From Bdellovibrionales bacterium RIFOXYD12_FULL_39_22 (lineage in GTDB: Bacteria; Bdellovibrionota; Bacteriovoracia; Bacteriovoracales; Bacteriovoracaceae), in assembly GCA_001770205.1 (NCBI GenBank), contig MEQL01000007.1, positions 62,001 to 126,000 on the forward strand: a stretch of 64,000 nucleotides of DNA, read 5' to 3'. Every line of letters begins with the position of its first letter. Within the stretch, counting starts at the first letter, position 1. The position numbers and the translations under genes were made by a program. This document shows, one piece after another, positions 28,012 through 38,619 of the stretch. The notes below the pieces were generated by a model. The model made no database searches, was not told where the DNA came from, and was given only the letters and a program-made list of their open reading frames with translations.

Positions 28012-29244
28012 ATGTCAGAAAACGGCAAAAATAGCGCCCGGCACATTCTAATTTTACCCTCTTGGTATAAAAACACTTACGGGGAGAATAGTGGTTCGTT
28101 TGTTCGAGAGCAGGCAAAAGCGATAAGTGCCCACGGGTTTAAGATTGGAGTTATTCACAACAGTATGGCCCTACTAAGCTACATCGCAAAATTCAGAAAG
28201 ATACCTAGGTTGAAGCAGATGTGCTTCGAGGACGATGGAATATATACTTGCCTTGGTGAGACCTTACAAATCCCGACATTGCGCGGCACGCGTATTGCCA
28301 TAATCGGCTCCATTATCTCCACAATAAATAAGATTGTGTCATTCGTTAATGCCACAAGGAATCGCTGGGCCTGGCTTAAACTATTTGAAAAGTATGTTGC
28401 AGTTAATGGGCCGCCTGATCTTTTACACGTGCATAGTGTTTACCCTTCCGACGTTCCGATAACAATTGCTCGGCGTTATAAGATACCTTACGTCGTCACG
28501 GAGCATTGGAGCGGATTTGCAGATGCCAGAGTGGATCAACGAAGGGATTGGATTAGGAACATCTACTCCGCCCCCAGTGCAGTTATTTCGGTATCTACAG
28601 CGCTGCAGCGACTGTTAATGGATCGGTGCGGAGTTCGATCAACGGTCATTCCAAATTGTATAGATTTTAATAAATTTACCCCAACAGCGAGAAAGGAAAA
28701 AAATTTTTCCTTTCTCGCTGTTGGGTATTTTAATAAAATAAAACGATACGATCTATTAATTGCAGCATTTAACAAAGCATTTAAGAATGATCCTTCTGTG
28801 GAATTGCGTATTATCGGAGATGGATATTTGATGGATGATTTGAAAAAAATGGCAACTGATTGCGGAGCGAATATAACTTTTCTGGGGGGGATGGGACGAT
28901 CTGAAGTAGCAACTAACATCGCAACCTCACATGTTTTAGTTTCTACCAGTGATTTTGAAACCTTTGGCGTGACACTAATTGAAGCATTGGCGTCAGGCGT
29001 GCCGGTCATTGCTACGAAAAGTGGTGGGCCAGAAGATATTGTGACGCGAGAGCAATATGGCCATCTATGTGATTCATCCATAGATAGTATCGCTAAAACG
29101 ATGGTTGACGCTAAAAATAATTATGGAAAATTTGTTTCCAAGGAGATTCGGGAGCTTGCCTTTAATGATTTTTCGGAGGAGGCGGTTGTCCCGCGGATCA
29201 TTGACATCTATACCAACGTCGTAAAAAACCACGGACGGCCGTGA
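28012..29244 (+). CDS. GT4 glycosyltransferase
   Basis: PDLLHVH, VVTEH, VIPNCID, IIGDG, ETFGVTLIEALASGVPVIATKSGG. Confidence 0.92.
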   Translation: MSENGKNSARHILILPSWYKNTYGENSGSFVREQAKAISAHGFKIGVIHNSMALLSYIAKFRKIPRLKQMCFEDDGIYTCLGETLQIPTLRGTRIAIIGSIISTINKIVSFVNATRNRWAWLKLFEKYVAVNGPPDLLHVHSVYPSDVPITIARRYKIPYVVTEHWSGFADARVDQRRDWIRNIYSAPSAVISVSTALQRLLMDRCGVRSTVIPNCIDFNKFTPTARKEKNFSFLAVGYFNKIKRYDLLIAAFNKAFKNDPSVELRIIGDGYLMDDLKKMATDCGANITFLGGMGRSEVATNIATSHVLVSTSDFETFGVTLIEALASGVPVIATKSGGPEDIVTREQYGHLCDSSIDSIAKTMVDAKNNYGKFVSKEIRELAFNDFSEEAVVPRIIDIYTNVVKNHGRP

Positions 29245-30356
29245 AAGCGATATTTTATCATCCCGCAGAACTTTGCCCCAGGCCCTCAGGTAGTGGAATT
29301 CGTCCACATAAGATGATCCTTGAATTACAAAAAGCGTGTGAGAATGTCTATGTTGTCGCTGGTAATTCTAAAGAACGGAAATTGAAAGTTCGGGAAATTA
29401 AAAAAAATATAAACCTGGGGCTCAAAGTTGATTTCATCTATTTTGAAAATAAGTCGTCTCCTGTGACACTATCAATAATTAGATTGGTAGGTATTGCTTT
29501 TCCTTTCCCTTGTTTTTTTGATTTGTTCTTCTTGCTGTTTTGTGCCAGACGCGGAATAAAAATTGGCTACTATTTTAGAGATATTCATTGGGACTTTGGT
29601 TATATTTACGAAGGCGTCGTGGGATGGTTCGGAGTAATTTTATTGAAGATGTTTGGAAGATTAGAGCTTATGTTTCTCAAAAAATTTATCAAACATATAT
29701 TTGTTCCAACAGGGGCCTTTGCCGAATATTTGCAAAATAAGTACAAAATTTTCTCTAGACCACTACCACCTGGATCAGATCTTGAATTGTGTCCTGCTAA
29801 AAATTATTCAAATAACAACCTTAGAATTGGATATGTCGGAGGTAGCGGGGCGCTTTATGACCCCCGCACACTATTTTCCGCGATGTCTTTGTTGCCGAAA
29901 AGTATCACTCTGAGTTATTGTACACGCAAAACGGAGTGGGAACTTGTGAAATCAAAATATCAACTGCCGCAAAACGTGAGGATTGTACATTTTTCTGGAA
30001 ACGAATTAATAGATTTTTACCGCAATTGTGATGTCACAATATATCCGCTTCCCCCGGCACGCGAATATTCTCGCATGGCATTTTCGTTTAAAATTCCGGA
30101 ATACCTTTGTGCCGGTAAGCCGGTTATCGTTTTTGATGGCACAGCTGTTTCCGATTTTATTATAAACAATAATCTTGGTTGGAGCGTCGGAGATAATGCG
30201 GTTGATTTAGCAAACCTTATGTTATTTCTGGCAAACGGCCATGACGAAATTTTGCGTAAAATAGATAATGTAATAAAGTTTCGACCACAACTTTCGTGGA
30301 CCAATACTGTGCGCACATTGTTTGAATATTTACAACTGGAGGCCTGTCAAGCATGA
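29241..30356 (+). CDS. GT-B (GT4-like) glycosyltransferase, paralog of 24572-25660
   Basis: SGSGIRP, YFRDIHW, LPPG, YVGG, FKIPEY..GKPVI; GTGA-coupled. Confidence 0.8.
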   Translation: MKAIFYHPAELCPRPSGSGIRPHKMILELQKACENVYVVAGNSKERKLKVREIKKNINLGLKVDFIYFENKSSPVTLSIIRLVGIAFPFPCFFDLFFLLFCARRGIKIGYYFRDIHWDFGYIYEGVVGWFGVILLKMFGRLELMFLKKFIKHIFVPTGAFAEYLQNKYKIFSRPLPPGSDLELCPAKNYSNNNLRIGYVGGSGALYDPRTLFSAMSLLPKSITLSYCTRKTEWELVKSKYQLPQNVRIVHFSGNELIDFYRNCDVTIYPLPPAREYSRMAFSFKIPEYLCAGKPVIVFDGTAVSDFIINNNLGWSVGDNAVDLANLMLFLANGHDEILRKIDNVIKFRPQLSWTNTVRTLFEYLQLEACQA

Positions 30357-32263
30357 AAGTATCGAAACGTATCAGGTCCAAGATTCGATCGCTAATGAGC
30401 CTTTTAATGGGGGGGCGAGATATTGTAGATGCGCTTACCTCGTTCTATCGGATGTATGCATACCAATACAAAAAACAGATTGGAATTCTTTTAGCAGGGG
30501 CAATTCTTTCTGGCGCCATAGAGATTATGGGCCTTCTTTTGCTCTACATTCTCCTGCGGTTTCTTATTAACATTAACTCATTCGACGATTCACACATAGT
30601 TATTCGCACACTAAACTCGTTTGGTATTGCTAACAGAAATCACATGGCCGCGATTATCGGAATGGCAATAACGGTTACTTTCGTCGCCAAAAACATCTAC
30701 ATAATATTCTATTATCATACACAGCATCTAACGCTTAGGCGTTGGAAGATAGATTTAGGAAAAAGGCTAATGGAGGGCTATATGGCCGCTCCGTATCAAA
30801 TCATGTTGGGATACAACAGCTCAACAATTATAAGAAACGTGAACAATATTGTGGCCCAGGCCCTGAACGGATTTGTTCTTTCTGGTTTTAACTTCTTTTC
30901 TAATATGATTGTAGGTCTAATTTTGCTCAGTATCCTTTATGTGAAATACTTTACTATCACACTAATAACTGCTTCAACTTTAGTGGTCTCAACGATACTT
31001 CAAAATAAATTCATCAAAAAGAAGACAGCTGATCTGGGGAGAGAGCGCGACAAGCTGATGGTGGAACAAAACAAGAGCGTGTATCAAGGACTACACTCAT
31101 TAAAGGAAACTAAAGTTTTATTGAGAGAAAACTTTTTTTTAAAGAACTTTGAGACAATCAACAATTTGACCGTGGATAACGATACTACCGCAATGTTGTA
31201 TGCGAGGCTGCCTAGCCACATAACGGAAGTTGTTATTATTATCTCTATCGTGATGATTTCTGTTGTCGTCTTGTTTGAAAATTCCCATGACTCTAGTCTA
31301 TCGGTTGCCTCTCTTGGAATTCTCGCGGCCGTTGCATTTAGAATTGCTCCTATTATGAATCGTACTACCGCAGCATTGCAAGGATTGAGCAATAATCTTA
31401 ACAGCATGAAGACATTGTTTGCAGAATTTCAAAAACTAAAAGATTACAAATTGCTTAATTTGGATCGCAAGAATATCAACGCCCTCCCCTTTAATTCAAC
31501 GATAAAATTACAAAAAGTCAATTACAGATACCCTAAGGCCAGATCAAGGGCACTGGCGGATATCAACTTGGCCATTAATCGTGGAGAGGTAATGGGTGTA
31601 GTCGGAGAGTCAGGTGCTGGCAAGACCACCTTGATTGATTTAATTCTAGGACTTATTGCCCCGACAGAGGGGAATCTTTCCATTGATAATGTATTGATCA
31701 CAGAGAGTAATACAAAAAACTGGCAAAAAAATGTCTGCTACGTTCCTCAAGCAGTATACCTGAGTGATGCGTCTATTCGATCAAACATTGCTTTCGGAGT
31801 CCCCGATAACGAAATTGACGATGGCCGAATTGTGGAAGTGCTAAAGGATGTTGATCTGTATGATCATGTTATGGCCCTTGATGGTGGAATAGCATTTGCG
31901 GTAGGCGAAAATGGAAAAAACTTATCGGGAGGCCAGAAACAGCGTGTTGGTATCGCTCGGGCGCTATATCTTGATGCAGACGTTATTGTACTCGATGAAG
32001 CAACAGCGGCATTAGATGTGGGCACGGAATACAAGATCACCGAAACAATCAAAAAAATTAAAAATAAAAAGACGATCATTGTTATAGCACATCGTCTATC
32101 GACGATTTATGAAGCAGATCGGGTAGTTTTTATGAAAGATGCGAAGGTTGTCGATGTTGGTACTTTCAGTGAATTAGTCGGGCGTAATCCTGCTTTTGAA
32201 GACATGGCGATCAAATCACGGCTTGTTACAAATGATGTTGCGTCACAGGCAGAGATTGTCTAA
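30353..32263 (+). CDS. ABC transporter, fused TMD+NBD, PglK/Wzk-like lipid-linked glycan flippase
   Basis: TM N-terminal half; GESGAGKTT, LSGGQKQRVGIARALY, VLDEATAALD, IAHRLSTI; glycan-locus context. Confidence 0.88.
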   Translation: MKVSKRIRSKIRSLMSLLMGGRDIVDALTSFYRMYAYQYKKQIGILLAGAILSGAIEIMGLLLLYILLRFLININSFDDSHIVIRTLNSFGIANRNHMAAIIGMAITVTFVAKNIYIIFYYHTQHLTLRRWKIDLGKRLMEGYMAAPYQIMLGYNSSTIIRNVNNIVAQALNGFVLSGFNFFSNMIVGLILLSILYVKYFTITLITASTLVVSTILQNKFIKKKTADLGRERDKLMVEQNKSVYQGLHSLKETKVLLRENFFLKNFETINNLTVDNDTTAMLYARLPSHITEVVIIISIVMISVVVLFENSHDSSLSVASLGILAAVAFRIAPIMNRTTAALQGLSNNLNSMKTLFAEFQKLKDYKLLNLDRKNINALPFNSTIKLQKVNYRYPKARSRALADINLAINRGEVMGVVGESGAGKTTLIDLILGLIAPTEGNLSIDNVLITESNTKNWQKNVCYVPQAVYLSDASIRSNIAFGVPDNEIDDGRIVEVLKDVDLYDHVMALDGGIAFAVGENGKNLSGGQKQRVGIARALYLDADVIVLDEATAALDVGTEYKITETIKKIKNKKTIIVIAHRLSTIYEADRVVFMKDAKVVDVGTFSELVGRNPAFEDMAIKSRLVTNDVASQAEIV

Positions 32264-32306
32264 TTAACTGCTTCTATATGCCTCAATACTTGCTTAATTT
32301 CCAAAT

Positions 32307-32366
32307 ATCTCTCAAATCTCTCAAATCTGTCAAAAATCTCTCAAAATCTCTCAAAAATTGAGATAT
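32307..32366. repeat. Tandem repeat of ATCTCTCAA(A)n, five direct copies plus one near-inverted copy
   Basis: Units start at 32307, 32316, 32325 (ATCTGTCAAAA), 32336, 32346; then TTGAGATAT (32358-32366), overlapping TATAAT at 32364-32369. Confidence 0.85.
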
Positions 32367-32419
32367 AATGGGTGTGGATTATTTATTTTTAATTTTATAG
32401 AATAAAAGAGAGAAGCAAA

Positions 32420-33784
32420 ATGATGGCAACTTATTCAGAAATCGAAGGCCGTTGTCTTGAGTTTAAAGAGAAGTTAACTACCTATCAGCAACTTTACAAA
32501 ACGGTTGTGGCGTTTGCCAACGATGTGGGTGGAAAAATCATAATAGGGGTTCAGGATAAAGATAGAAAAATAATTGGTGTAAATGAGCACGACCTCGATC
32601 GCTATTTGGAAGAAATTCCGCGGGCCATCTATGAGGCGATTACCCCCGCTTTGCAACCGGCCATGGCCGTCAAGCTTATGTCTGGAAAGCAGCTTTTGGA
32701 GATCGAAGTTTTTCCTGGAAACAAAAAACCATATTTTATAAAATCCAAAGGCCTTCCGGCGGGAGTATACATTAGAATTGGTTCGCATAGTGTTCCGGCC
32801 TCTGCAGACATCTTGGAAGATCTTCAACGTATGGCCGGCAGTGAAAATTTTGACAGCGGCCTAGCACCAGGAGTTACAGTACAAGAACTTGATCCTCTGG
32901 CACTGAAGTCGTATTACGGAAAGCATTATTCTCAAGAGCGGTTAGTCTCAGATAAGATTATTATCCGTGACCCCTTTTCTGGAAAGCTGGCCATTTCATT
33001 TGCCGGGGTGCTTTTTTTTCATCCGCATCCAGAGAAAATTTTTCCTCAATGTGAAATACTATTCACCAAGTTTGCCACAACAGATACAAAAAAAATTTCT
33101 CGGAGCATTGACTTTCACGGCCCTTTAATTTCGTTGGTAGATGAGGTTCTGACAGAAGTGCAATCTCATTTGGCCCGCGACTTTAAATTAAAGGGGGCCA
33201 GGCTGTCGGCCCAAAATCATATAATACCAGAAGAGGCCTTGCGTGAATCACTGATGAATGCGGTGATCCATCGAAAATACTATTTGAGCGATGCCATTAA
33301 AATAGCACTATTTTCTGATCGCTTGGAAATATTTAGTCCTGGAAATTTTCCTGGCCCCATTGTAGATTTGCGCAGTGGCGTCTCCTATTCTAGAAATTCA
33401 CTCATCCGCCAAATTGCACGTAATGCTGGACTTGTCGAAAAAAGAGGATTGGGTCTGATTAAAATTTTGGACACTTGTCAACATAATGGTAATCCCCCTC
33501 CAGATATCTATGAAGGTGAAGGAGATTTTGTAAAAGTAGTCTTTTATTTGGATCAAAACAAAAAAATAAAAGAGCAGTCAATCGTTGATTATAATTCCTG
33601 GCCCACGGGCCTTGTGTTACTACGAGAGTGGCATCAAGAAAAGAGGGCGTTCACACTCAAAGAGCTAGCAGCATTGTTGCAGTGTTCTCGAAACACGGCA
33701 AAAAGTAAAATTGAGTTTTTGCTAACGAAGAAATTTTTGTATTTAAAAGGTGCGGGCCCGAGTACTCGCTACGAATGGCAGTAG
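32420..33784 (+). CDS. AlbA_2 (Schlafen-like) domain + RecG-C/HATPase_c_4 domain + C-terminal HTH protein
   Basis: EGRCLEFKE, AFANDVGGKIIIGV, ALRESLMNAVIHRKY, DRLEIFSPG, SRNSLI, VEKRGLG, HTH ending G.GPSTRY. Confidence 0.85.
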   Translation: MMATYSEIEGRCLEFKEKLTTYQQLYKTVVAFANDVGGKIIIGVQDKDRKIIGVNEHDLDRYLEEIPRAIYEAITPALQPAMAVKLMSGKQLLEIEVFPGNKKPYFIKSKGLPAGVYIRIGSHSVPASADILEDLQRMAGSENFDSGLAPGVTVQELDPLALKSYYGKHYSQERLVSDKIIIRDPFSGKLAISFAGVLFFHPHPEKIFPQCEILFTKFATTDTKKISRSIDFHGPLISLVDEVLTEVQSHLARDFKLKGARLSAQNHIIPEEALRESLMNAVIHRKYYLSDAIKIALFSDRLEIFSPGNFPGPIVDLRSGVSYSRNSLIRQIARNAGLVEKRGLGLIKILDTCQHNGNPPPDIYEGEGDFVKVVFYLDQNKKIKEQSIVDYNSWPTGLVLLREWHQEKRAFTLKELAALLQCSRNTAKSKIEFLLTKKFLYLKGAGPSTRYEWQ

Positions 33785-33799
33785 TTTTAGTACCAGTGA

Positions 33800-34906
33800 C
33801 TATTTGAATTTTGCAATAGTTTCTAGGTAGGCCCGGGCCATGCTATCTATAGAAGCACTCCATGTATAGTTGGAAAGAACATGTTTGCGTCCGTTTATCC
33901 CCATCATGTTTCTTAGTGTCTCATCTCTAATTAATTTTGTTATTGCTGCCGATGCTTCTACCTGGTCATCTGTTTTGACAATAATTCCCGTAACGTTATC
34001 AATTGTGACTTCTGCCGGCCCATCGGCGTTTGAAACCACTACAGCTTTTTGACAGGCCGACGCTTCTAATATAGCAACGCCAAAACTCTCTTTGCGCGAA
34101 AGTGCGACGAAGAGATCCATTTGATTGATCACACTAGGAACTTGCTCATGTGGAATTTTTCCAAGGAAGGTGGTGTGATCTGATATACCAAGTCGTGCTG
34201 CTAAATCGAGCAGGTCTTTTTTTTGCGGGCCATCGCCTGCAATTAATAATTTTAAATTGTAATCTTGCTGAAGACTATTTTGGGCCTTAGCAAAAGCATG
34301 TAGCAAAGTATCAATTCCGTATTTATGTTCGAGCGTTTTTACCGTTCCAATTGTTAGATTTTTATTTGGTGTGTTCACATTTGACTGTGGTGCAAACAAT
34401 TTTTCGTCGATCCCAAAAGGAGTTATAAAAACCAAGTCGTGGGCAAAAGTTTTTGCCATCTCTTTTGCCATAGCATTACTTGTTGAAGCAATAGCAGTTG
34501 CATTTTTTAAGTTCCCTTTCAAAAACCATTTATGGACAGATGATTTATTGGGGAAATCGTAGATATCACTTCCCCAAACGGATAGAAGTAGTGGTTTAAA
34601 ACGACAGAGTCTTGCCAACAAACCATATCCGGTGGCGTAGTGAGCATTAAGAATATCTGGACGTAGCATTTTGAGAAGAGACCTTAAACTGATAGCGGAG
34701 GAAAAATATCCAAAGGGGGCATAAAAAGGAAGTATATGAATTTGTACTTTCGCATCATACTGATTGGGCAGCGGAGGAGGAGGGTGGCAGCTGATAACAT
34801 GCACATCGATACCGTTGGCCGCTAGCCCATTGGCCCATCTACAAGTATGTATTGATTGTGCGTTAGCAAGAAGAGCTACCTTCATTTGCATATTCCGGTT
34901 AGTCAA
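33800..34906 (-). CDS. GT4 glycosyltransferase
   Basis: SIHTCRW, PDILNAHY, SVWGSD, PFGID, ESFGVAILEASAC, VTG. Confidence 0.92.
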   Translation of the reverse strand: MTNRNMQMKVALLANAQSIHTCRWANGLAANGIDVHVISCHPPPPLPNQYDAKVQIHILPFYAPFGYFSSAISLRSLLKMLRPDILNAHYATGYGLLARLCRFKPLLLSVWGSDIYDFPNKSSVHKWFLKGNLKNATAIASTSNAMAKEMAKTFAHDLVFITPFGIDEKLFAPQSNVNTPNKNLTIGTVKTLEHKYGIDTLLHAFAKAQNSLQQDYNLKLLIAGDGPQKKDLLDLAARLGISDHTTFLGKIPHEQVPSVINQMDLFVALSRKESFGVAILEASACQKAVVVSNADGPAEVTIDNVTGIIVKTDDQVEASAAITKLIRDETLRNMMGINGRKHVLSNYTWSASIDSMARAYLETIAKFK

Positions 34907-35867
34907 AATTTTTGATGCAGTCGACGATATTGTCGGCGTGAATGTAATAATCTTTTTCTAGCACTCGATTGGCCGGCGCCGGAAGATCTGGTAGGGCCAG
35001 TCGGCGGGCACGGGTGGATGGAGCATGTTCTAAAACTTGCGCCAAGATTTCTGCGGCAACTCCAAAGCTGGCCCAGGTACCATCTACCACGATAATTTTT
35101 TTAGTCTTTCTCGCAGAGGCAAGGATTGTACTACTATCAAGAGGCTTAATAGATCTTAGGTCAATGACCTCGGCATTGATGGCATAGGTGTTTTGCAATA
35201 TTTGGGCGGCCTTCAGTGATTCTTGAACTAAATAGGAGCTAGCGACAATCGTCAGATCTGTTCCTTCTCTTGCGATATGGGCCTTGCCAATGGGTGTTTC
35301 AAAAATTTCTTCAGGAACCTCATCTTCAATCCCATACAACCATCGATCATCAATGAATACTACCGGATTAGGATCTTTGATTGCCGCAACCATTAAACCC
35401 TTGGCATCGCGGGCAGTCGCTGGCATGACCACCTTGAGTCCTGGCACATGAGCAAACATGGCCTGTAGTGCTTGGGAGTGCTGAGCGGCCTGCTCACCGC
35501 CACGATTTATGATCCCCCAAAACACAACGGGTACCGGGAGTGCCCCACCATTCATATAACTCCAGTTGGCCGCTTGATTAATTATTGGATCAAAAGCATA
35601 GAGCATAAAATCCACCCGAGGATGCACCGAAATAGCTGGATGGCCGGCGATGGCCGCCCCGACGGCCGCACCGGTCATAGCATTTTCAGAAACAGGTGTG
35701 TCAATAACTCGATCATCTCCAAAAAGCTCAATCAAATCTTTACAAGTGTTCCCTACATACCATGGACTTTTAACTCCTTGGCCGATTAGAATAACGCGTT
35801 CGTCTGCTTGCATGGCCTGCTTTAATGCTTCGTTGATAGCAAGACCGAATTTAAGTTTTCTGGCCAT
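34899..35867 (-). CDS. TPP-dependent 2-oxoacid dehydrogenase E1 beta-like subunit
   Basis: RVIDTPVSEN, DPIINQAA, AAQHSQ, PGLKVV.P, DPNPVVF, EVIDLRSIKPLD. Confidence 0.92.
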   Translation of the reverse strand: MARKLKFGLAINEALKQAMQADERVILIGQGVKSPWYVGNTCKDLIELFGDDRVIDTPVSENAMTGAAVGAAIAGHPAISVHPRVDFMLYAFDPIINQAANWSYMNGGALPVPVVFWGIINRGGEQAAQHSQALQAMFAHVPGLKVVMPATARDAKGLMVAAIKDPNPVVFIDDRWLYGIEDEVPEEIFETPIGKAHIAREGTDLTIVASSYLVQESLKAAQILQNTYAINAEVIDLRSIKPLDSSTILASARKTKKIIVVDGTWASFGVAAEILAQVLEHAPSTRARRLALPDLPAPANRVLEKDYYIHADNIVDCIKNFD

Positions 35868-36840
35868 AAAAAAGGTCCTTGTGCAGATCGTTTCGAGAGG
35901 TATTCAGCAAGGCGACAGCTTTTTGGTGAATGCCTTCAATTTCTTTTTTGAATTTTAGTTGCACCACTTCCATTTCGGAGGCAGTTAAAAGTTTATGGGA
36001 AATTAGATAGGATTCGAATAATTTTATGGGATCTCTTTTCAACCAGCGCTCAATTTCGTCTAGTGGCCGGATATCAGTATGAGTTCCTTGAATATTATCA
36101 TCCGGGCCTACATGGCCTCGCTGCCGATAGGTTTTACATTCGATAAAGGCCGGGCCTTGGCCTTCGCGTGCTGCCAAGCTTGCTTCCAGAGCACACTCGC
36201 GAACTGCAAGTACATCGTTTCCATCAATAACATATGATTTCACATTAAAGGCGTCGGCCAGTTTAGAAATTTCTCTCGTAGGCCTTATCTCATCAATTCG
36301 CATATGGGTGGAGTATAAATTATTTTCGCAGACAAAAACTATTGGAAGTTTTTTGAGAGAGGCAAAATTAAGAGATTCTGCAAGGACTCCCTCTCCGGTG
36401 GCCCCATCTCCAAAATATGAAACTGCTATTTGTTTTTTATGATTATTTTTTGCTGCTAATGCCGCGCCAAGAGCAAGTGAAATAGTTCCTGAGACGATGG
36501 GGGCGGCACCCAACATTCCAACTTCTGGTGCGATGATGTGCATTGATCCGCCTTTTCCCTTGCAACATCCTTCTGATAAACAATAAATCTCCATGATCAT
36601 GCGTTCGAGAGATCCGCCCTTGGCCAAATAGTGCCCATGCGAGCGGTGATTTCCGAAGACGTAATCTTGTTTGCCTAACGTAGAACTGATTCCGACGGCA
36701 ATGGCCTCTTGGCCTGAACACATATGCACTGGACAGCGAATAATTCCTTGGAGAATTGGTTCAACAAAACTCTCTTCGGCGAATCTGATTTTTATTAATT
36801 CCGAGTATAGGTGAGCGGCCAGCTCTTTGGGCATTTGCAC
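35851..36840 (-). CDS. TPP-dependent 2-oxoacid dehydrogenase E1 alpha-like subunit
   Basis: HMCSGQEA, HRSHGHYLAKG, GKGGSMH, TPP motif GDGA...ENN, DGND, TYRQRGH, DPI. Confidence 0.92.
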   Translation of the reverse strand: MQMPKELAAHLYSELIKIRFAEESFVEPILQGIIRCPVHMCSGQEAIAVGISSTLGKQDYVFGNHRSHGHYLAKGGSLERMIMEIYCLSEGCCKGKGGSMHIIAPEVGMLGAAPIVSGTISLALGAALAAKNNHKKQIAVSYFGDGATGEGVLAESLNFASLKKLPIVFVCENNLYSTHMRIDEIRPTREISKLADAFNVKSYVIDGNDVLAVRECALEASLAAREGQGPAFIECKTYRQRGHVGPDDNIQGTHTDIRPLDEIERWLKRDPIKLFESYLISHKLLTASEMEVVQLKFKKEIEGIHQKAVALLNTSRNDLHKDLFYGQKT

Positions 36841-36905
36841 TTTACATTTTCTCCGCGCTGTGAGTAGAATCGCCCCAAGATAAGTTAGTTTGTATTATTT
36901 GACAA
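36841..36905. promoter_or_regulatory. Interlocked divergent sigma70-like promoters
   Basis: + strand TTTACA (36841-36846), 18 nt, TAGAAT (36865-36870); - strand TTGTCA (36905-36900), 17 nt, TATCTT (36882-36877). Confidence 0.45.
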
Positions 36906-38596
36906 TAAGGCATTGCTTGAAAGCTTGGTTTTCCTCAGACAAGATTGCGGCTTGGTTACCTTTTTTAATGCTTTTCTTAGTTTTTCCGCTCGCCCTCACT
37001 CTACACAACCAAGAAGAGTTATCCCATCCACTGGGGCACTATCTTGTCATCTATTTTTCTTTCGCCATTGTCTCTTACTTGTTGTTGGTGCTTTTGTTGC
37101 GATATCTTTTGCCCACCTCAAGCAAAGAGCTGATTTCTGTTTTAATGTTTCTTTTGGGGATGTTCATTTTAATCTCAGATATTGTTGCTCCGCTGCGACT
37201 GGATAGCTTTGATGATTTGTCAGGAATTGGCAAAATAAAGGTTCTTCCGCTCGATTTTATTTTTGAGTTTTTTGTGGGGATTGCGTTGTTATTTTGTCTG
37301 CGAGTAAAACGAGATTGGTTATTTAAGATTGGATCAATAATTACGATCTACTTTTTTGTTTCACAAGTGGCGGTTTGGGCCCACGCGGTATCAACTAAGG
37401 ATGATGCACCAGAAAATAAAGATCTGGCCCAACAATTAAAAGGAAATACTACCGTTGAGTCTAAAGGAAATATATACCACTTCATTTTTGATACATATGG
37501 CCCAGGTTTTTTAGAACATCTTTCAGCAATAAAAGGGGCGCAGGAAAGTTTTAATGGTTTTGTTTATTTTAAAAAAAATCTAACCAATTCTGATTATACC
37601 CAAATTTCGGTTCCGATAATTTGGAGCGGACATACTTTTTTGGATTCAGACCTTTCCATTTCTGCTTGGAGACAGACAGGGTTTATGTCTCAGGGCCCAC
37701 TGGTTGATTTTCATAAAAGTGGTTACACTATTTATGAGTACCAAACTAAATATCGTCACCGCCTGGCCGATCATACGGTGCATGGCAACGATCTAAAAGC
37801 CAAAATTTTTGAAATAGGAGATGATGAATTCGGCCCGTGGAATATAATGGATTTGTCTATATTGCGGGCCGCACCTACTTTTTTACAAAACTACATTTTC
37901 TATAAGGGCGATGGACCACTCTCCAATCTGAGATTTGCCTTCGCCAAAACAAAAAAACTGTCTGGGAATTTTGTGAGGGCCCCATTAGCAGTTGCGGTGC
38001 TACAAAAATTTCTAGCAGAAGAACCCTCAAGATCAAATAGTGGCAATTATGTGCTTGCCCATATATCTTTGCCGCATGACCCATATGTAGTGACAAGAAA
38101 ATGTACTACAAATTTTACCGCCACCACATATGATGATCAGGCCATTTGTGCTGTTCGATTTATGGTTGAGATTATTAAGACACTAAAAGCGGAGGGCCGT
38201 TATGAGGACTCAACTATTATTTTTCAAGGTGACCATGGCCCTGTATTAAGTAAGAGAGAACGCAAGCAAAAAGGTATCGTTTTTTTAAAAGGCCCAAAGA
38301 CATTACTTCTGATAAAACCACCCAATAGCAGTGACTTACCAATGGAGATCTCTGAAATTCAGTCCCAGTCATTGGATATTGCCCCCACTCTATACGCCTT
38401 GACAGGCGTTTCGCATGATCAAAAGATGGAATTAGCTGGAGAAAATCTATTTTCTAATCATGTTAATAAGTCGCGAGAGATACATATTTACTCTTATAGG
38501 CGGCCATATAATAATCGCACGGAAGAGCTAATGCATTGGAGTTTTGTTGACGGGATAGGATTTAAGAAGTATCAAAATATACTTCCAAAAATGTAA
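36890..38596 (+). CDS. Membrane-anchored alkaline-phosphatase/sulfatase-fold transferase
   Basis: ~5 TM helices, [21 protein letters not shown] (Thr), [22 protein letters not shown]. Confidence 0.78.
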   Translation: MYYLTIRHCLKAWFSSDKIAAWLPFLMLFLVFPLALTLHNQEELSHPLGHYLVIYFSFAIVSYLLLVLLLRYLLPTSSKELISVLMFLLGMFILISDIVAPLRLDSFDDLSGIGKIKVLPLDFIFEFFVGIALLFCLRVKRDWLFKIGSIITIYFFVSQVAVWAHAVSTKDDAPENKDLAQQLKGNTTVESKGNIYHFIFDTYGPGFLEHLSAIKGAQESFNGFVYFKKNLTNSDYTQISVPIIWSGHTFLDSDLSISAWRQTGFMSQGPLVDFHKSGYTIYEYQTKYRHRLADHTVHGNDLKAKIFEIGDDEFGPWNIMDLSILRAAPTFLQNYIFYKGDGPLSNLRFAFAKTKKLSGNFVRAPLAVAVLQKFLAEEPSRSNSGNYVLAHISLPHDPYVVTRKCTTNFTATTYDDQAICAVRFMVEIIKTLKAEGRYEDSTIIFQGDHGPVLSKRERKQKGIVFLKGPKTLLLIKPPNSSDLPMEISEIQSQSLDIAPTLYALTGVSHDQKMELAGENLFSNHVNKSREIHIYSYRRPYNNRTEELMHWSFVDGIGFKKYQNILPKM

Positions 38597-38619
38597 AAAA
38601 ATTAATAGGAGAAGCTTAT

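Noticed and set aside
32307..32366. Repeat array as a CRISPR
   Set aside because: Units are 9-12 bp and contiguous with no spacers; no cas genes in the window
34899..36840. Housekeeping pyruvate/acetoin dehydrogenase complex (pdhAB/acoAB)
   Set aside because: No E2 or E3 gene adjacent and the pair is coupled to a GT4 in a glycan locus, so no gene symbol was assigned
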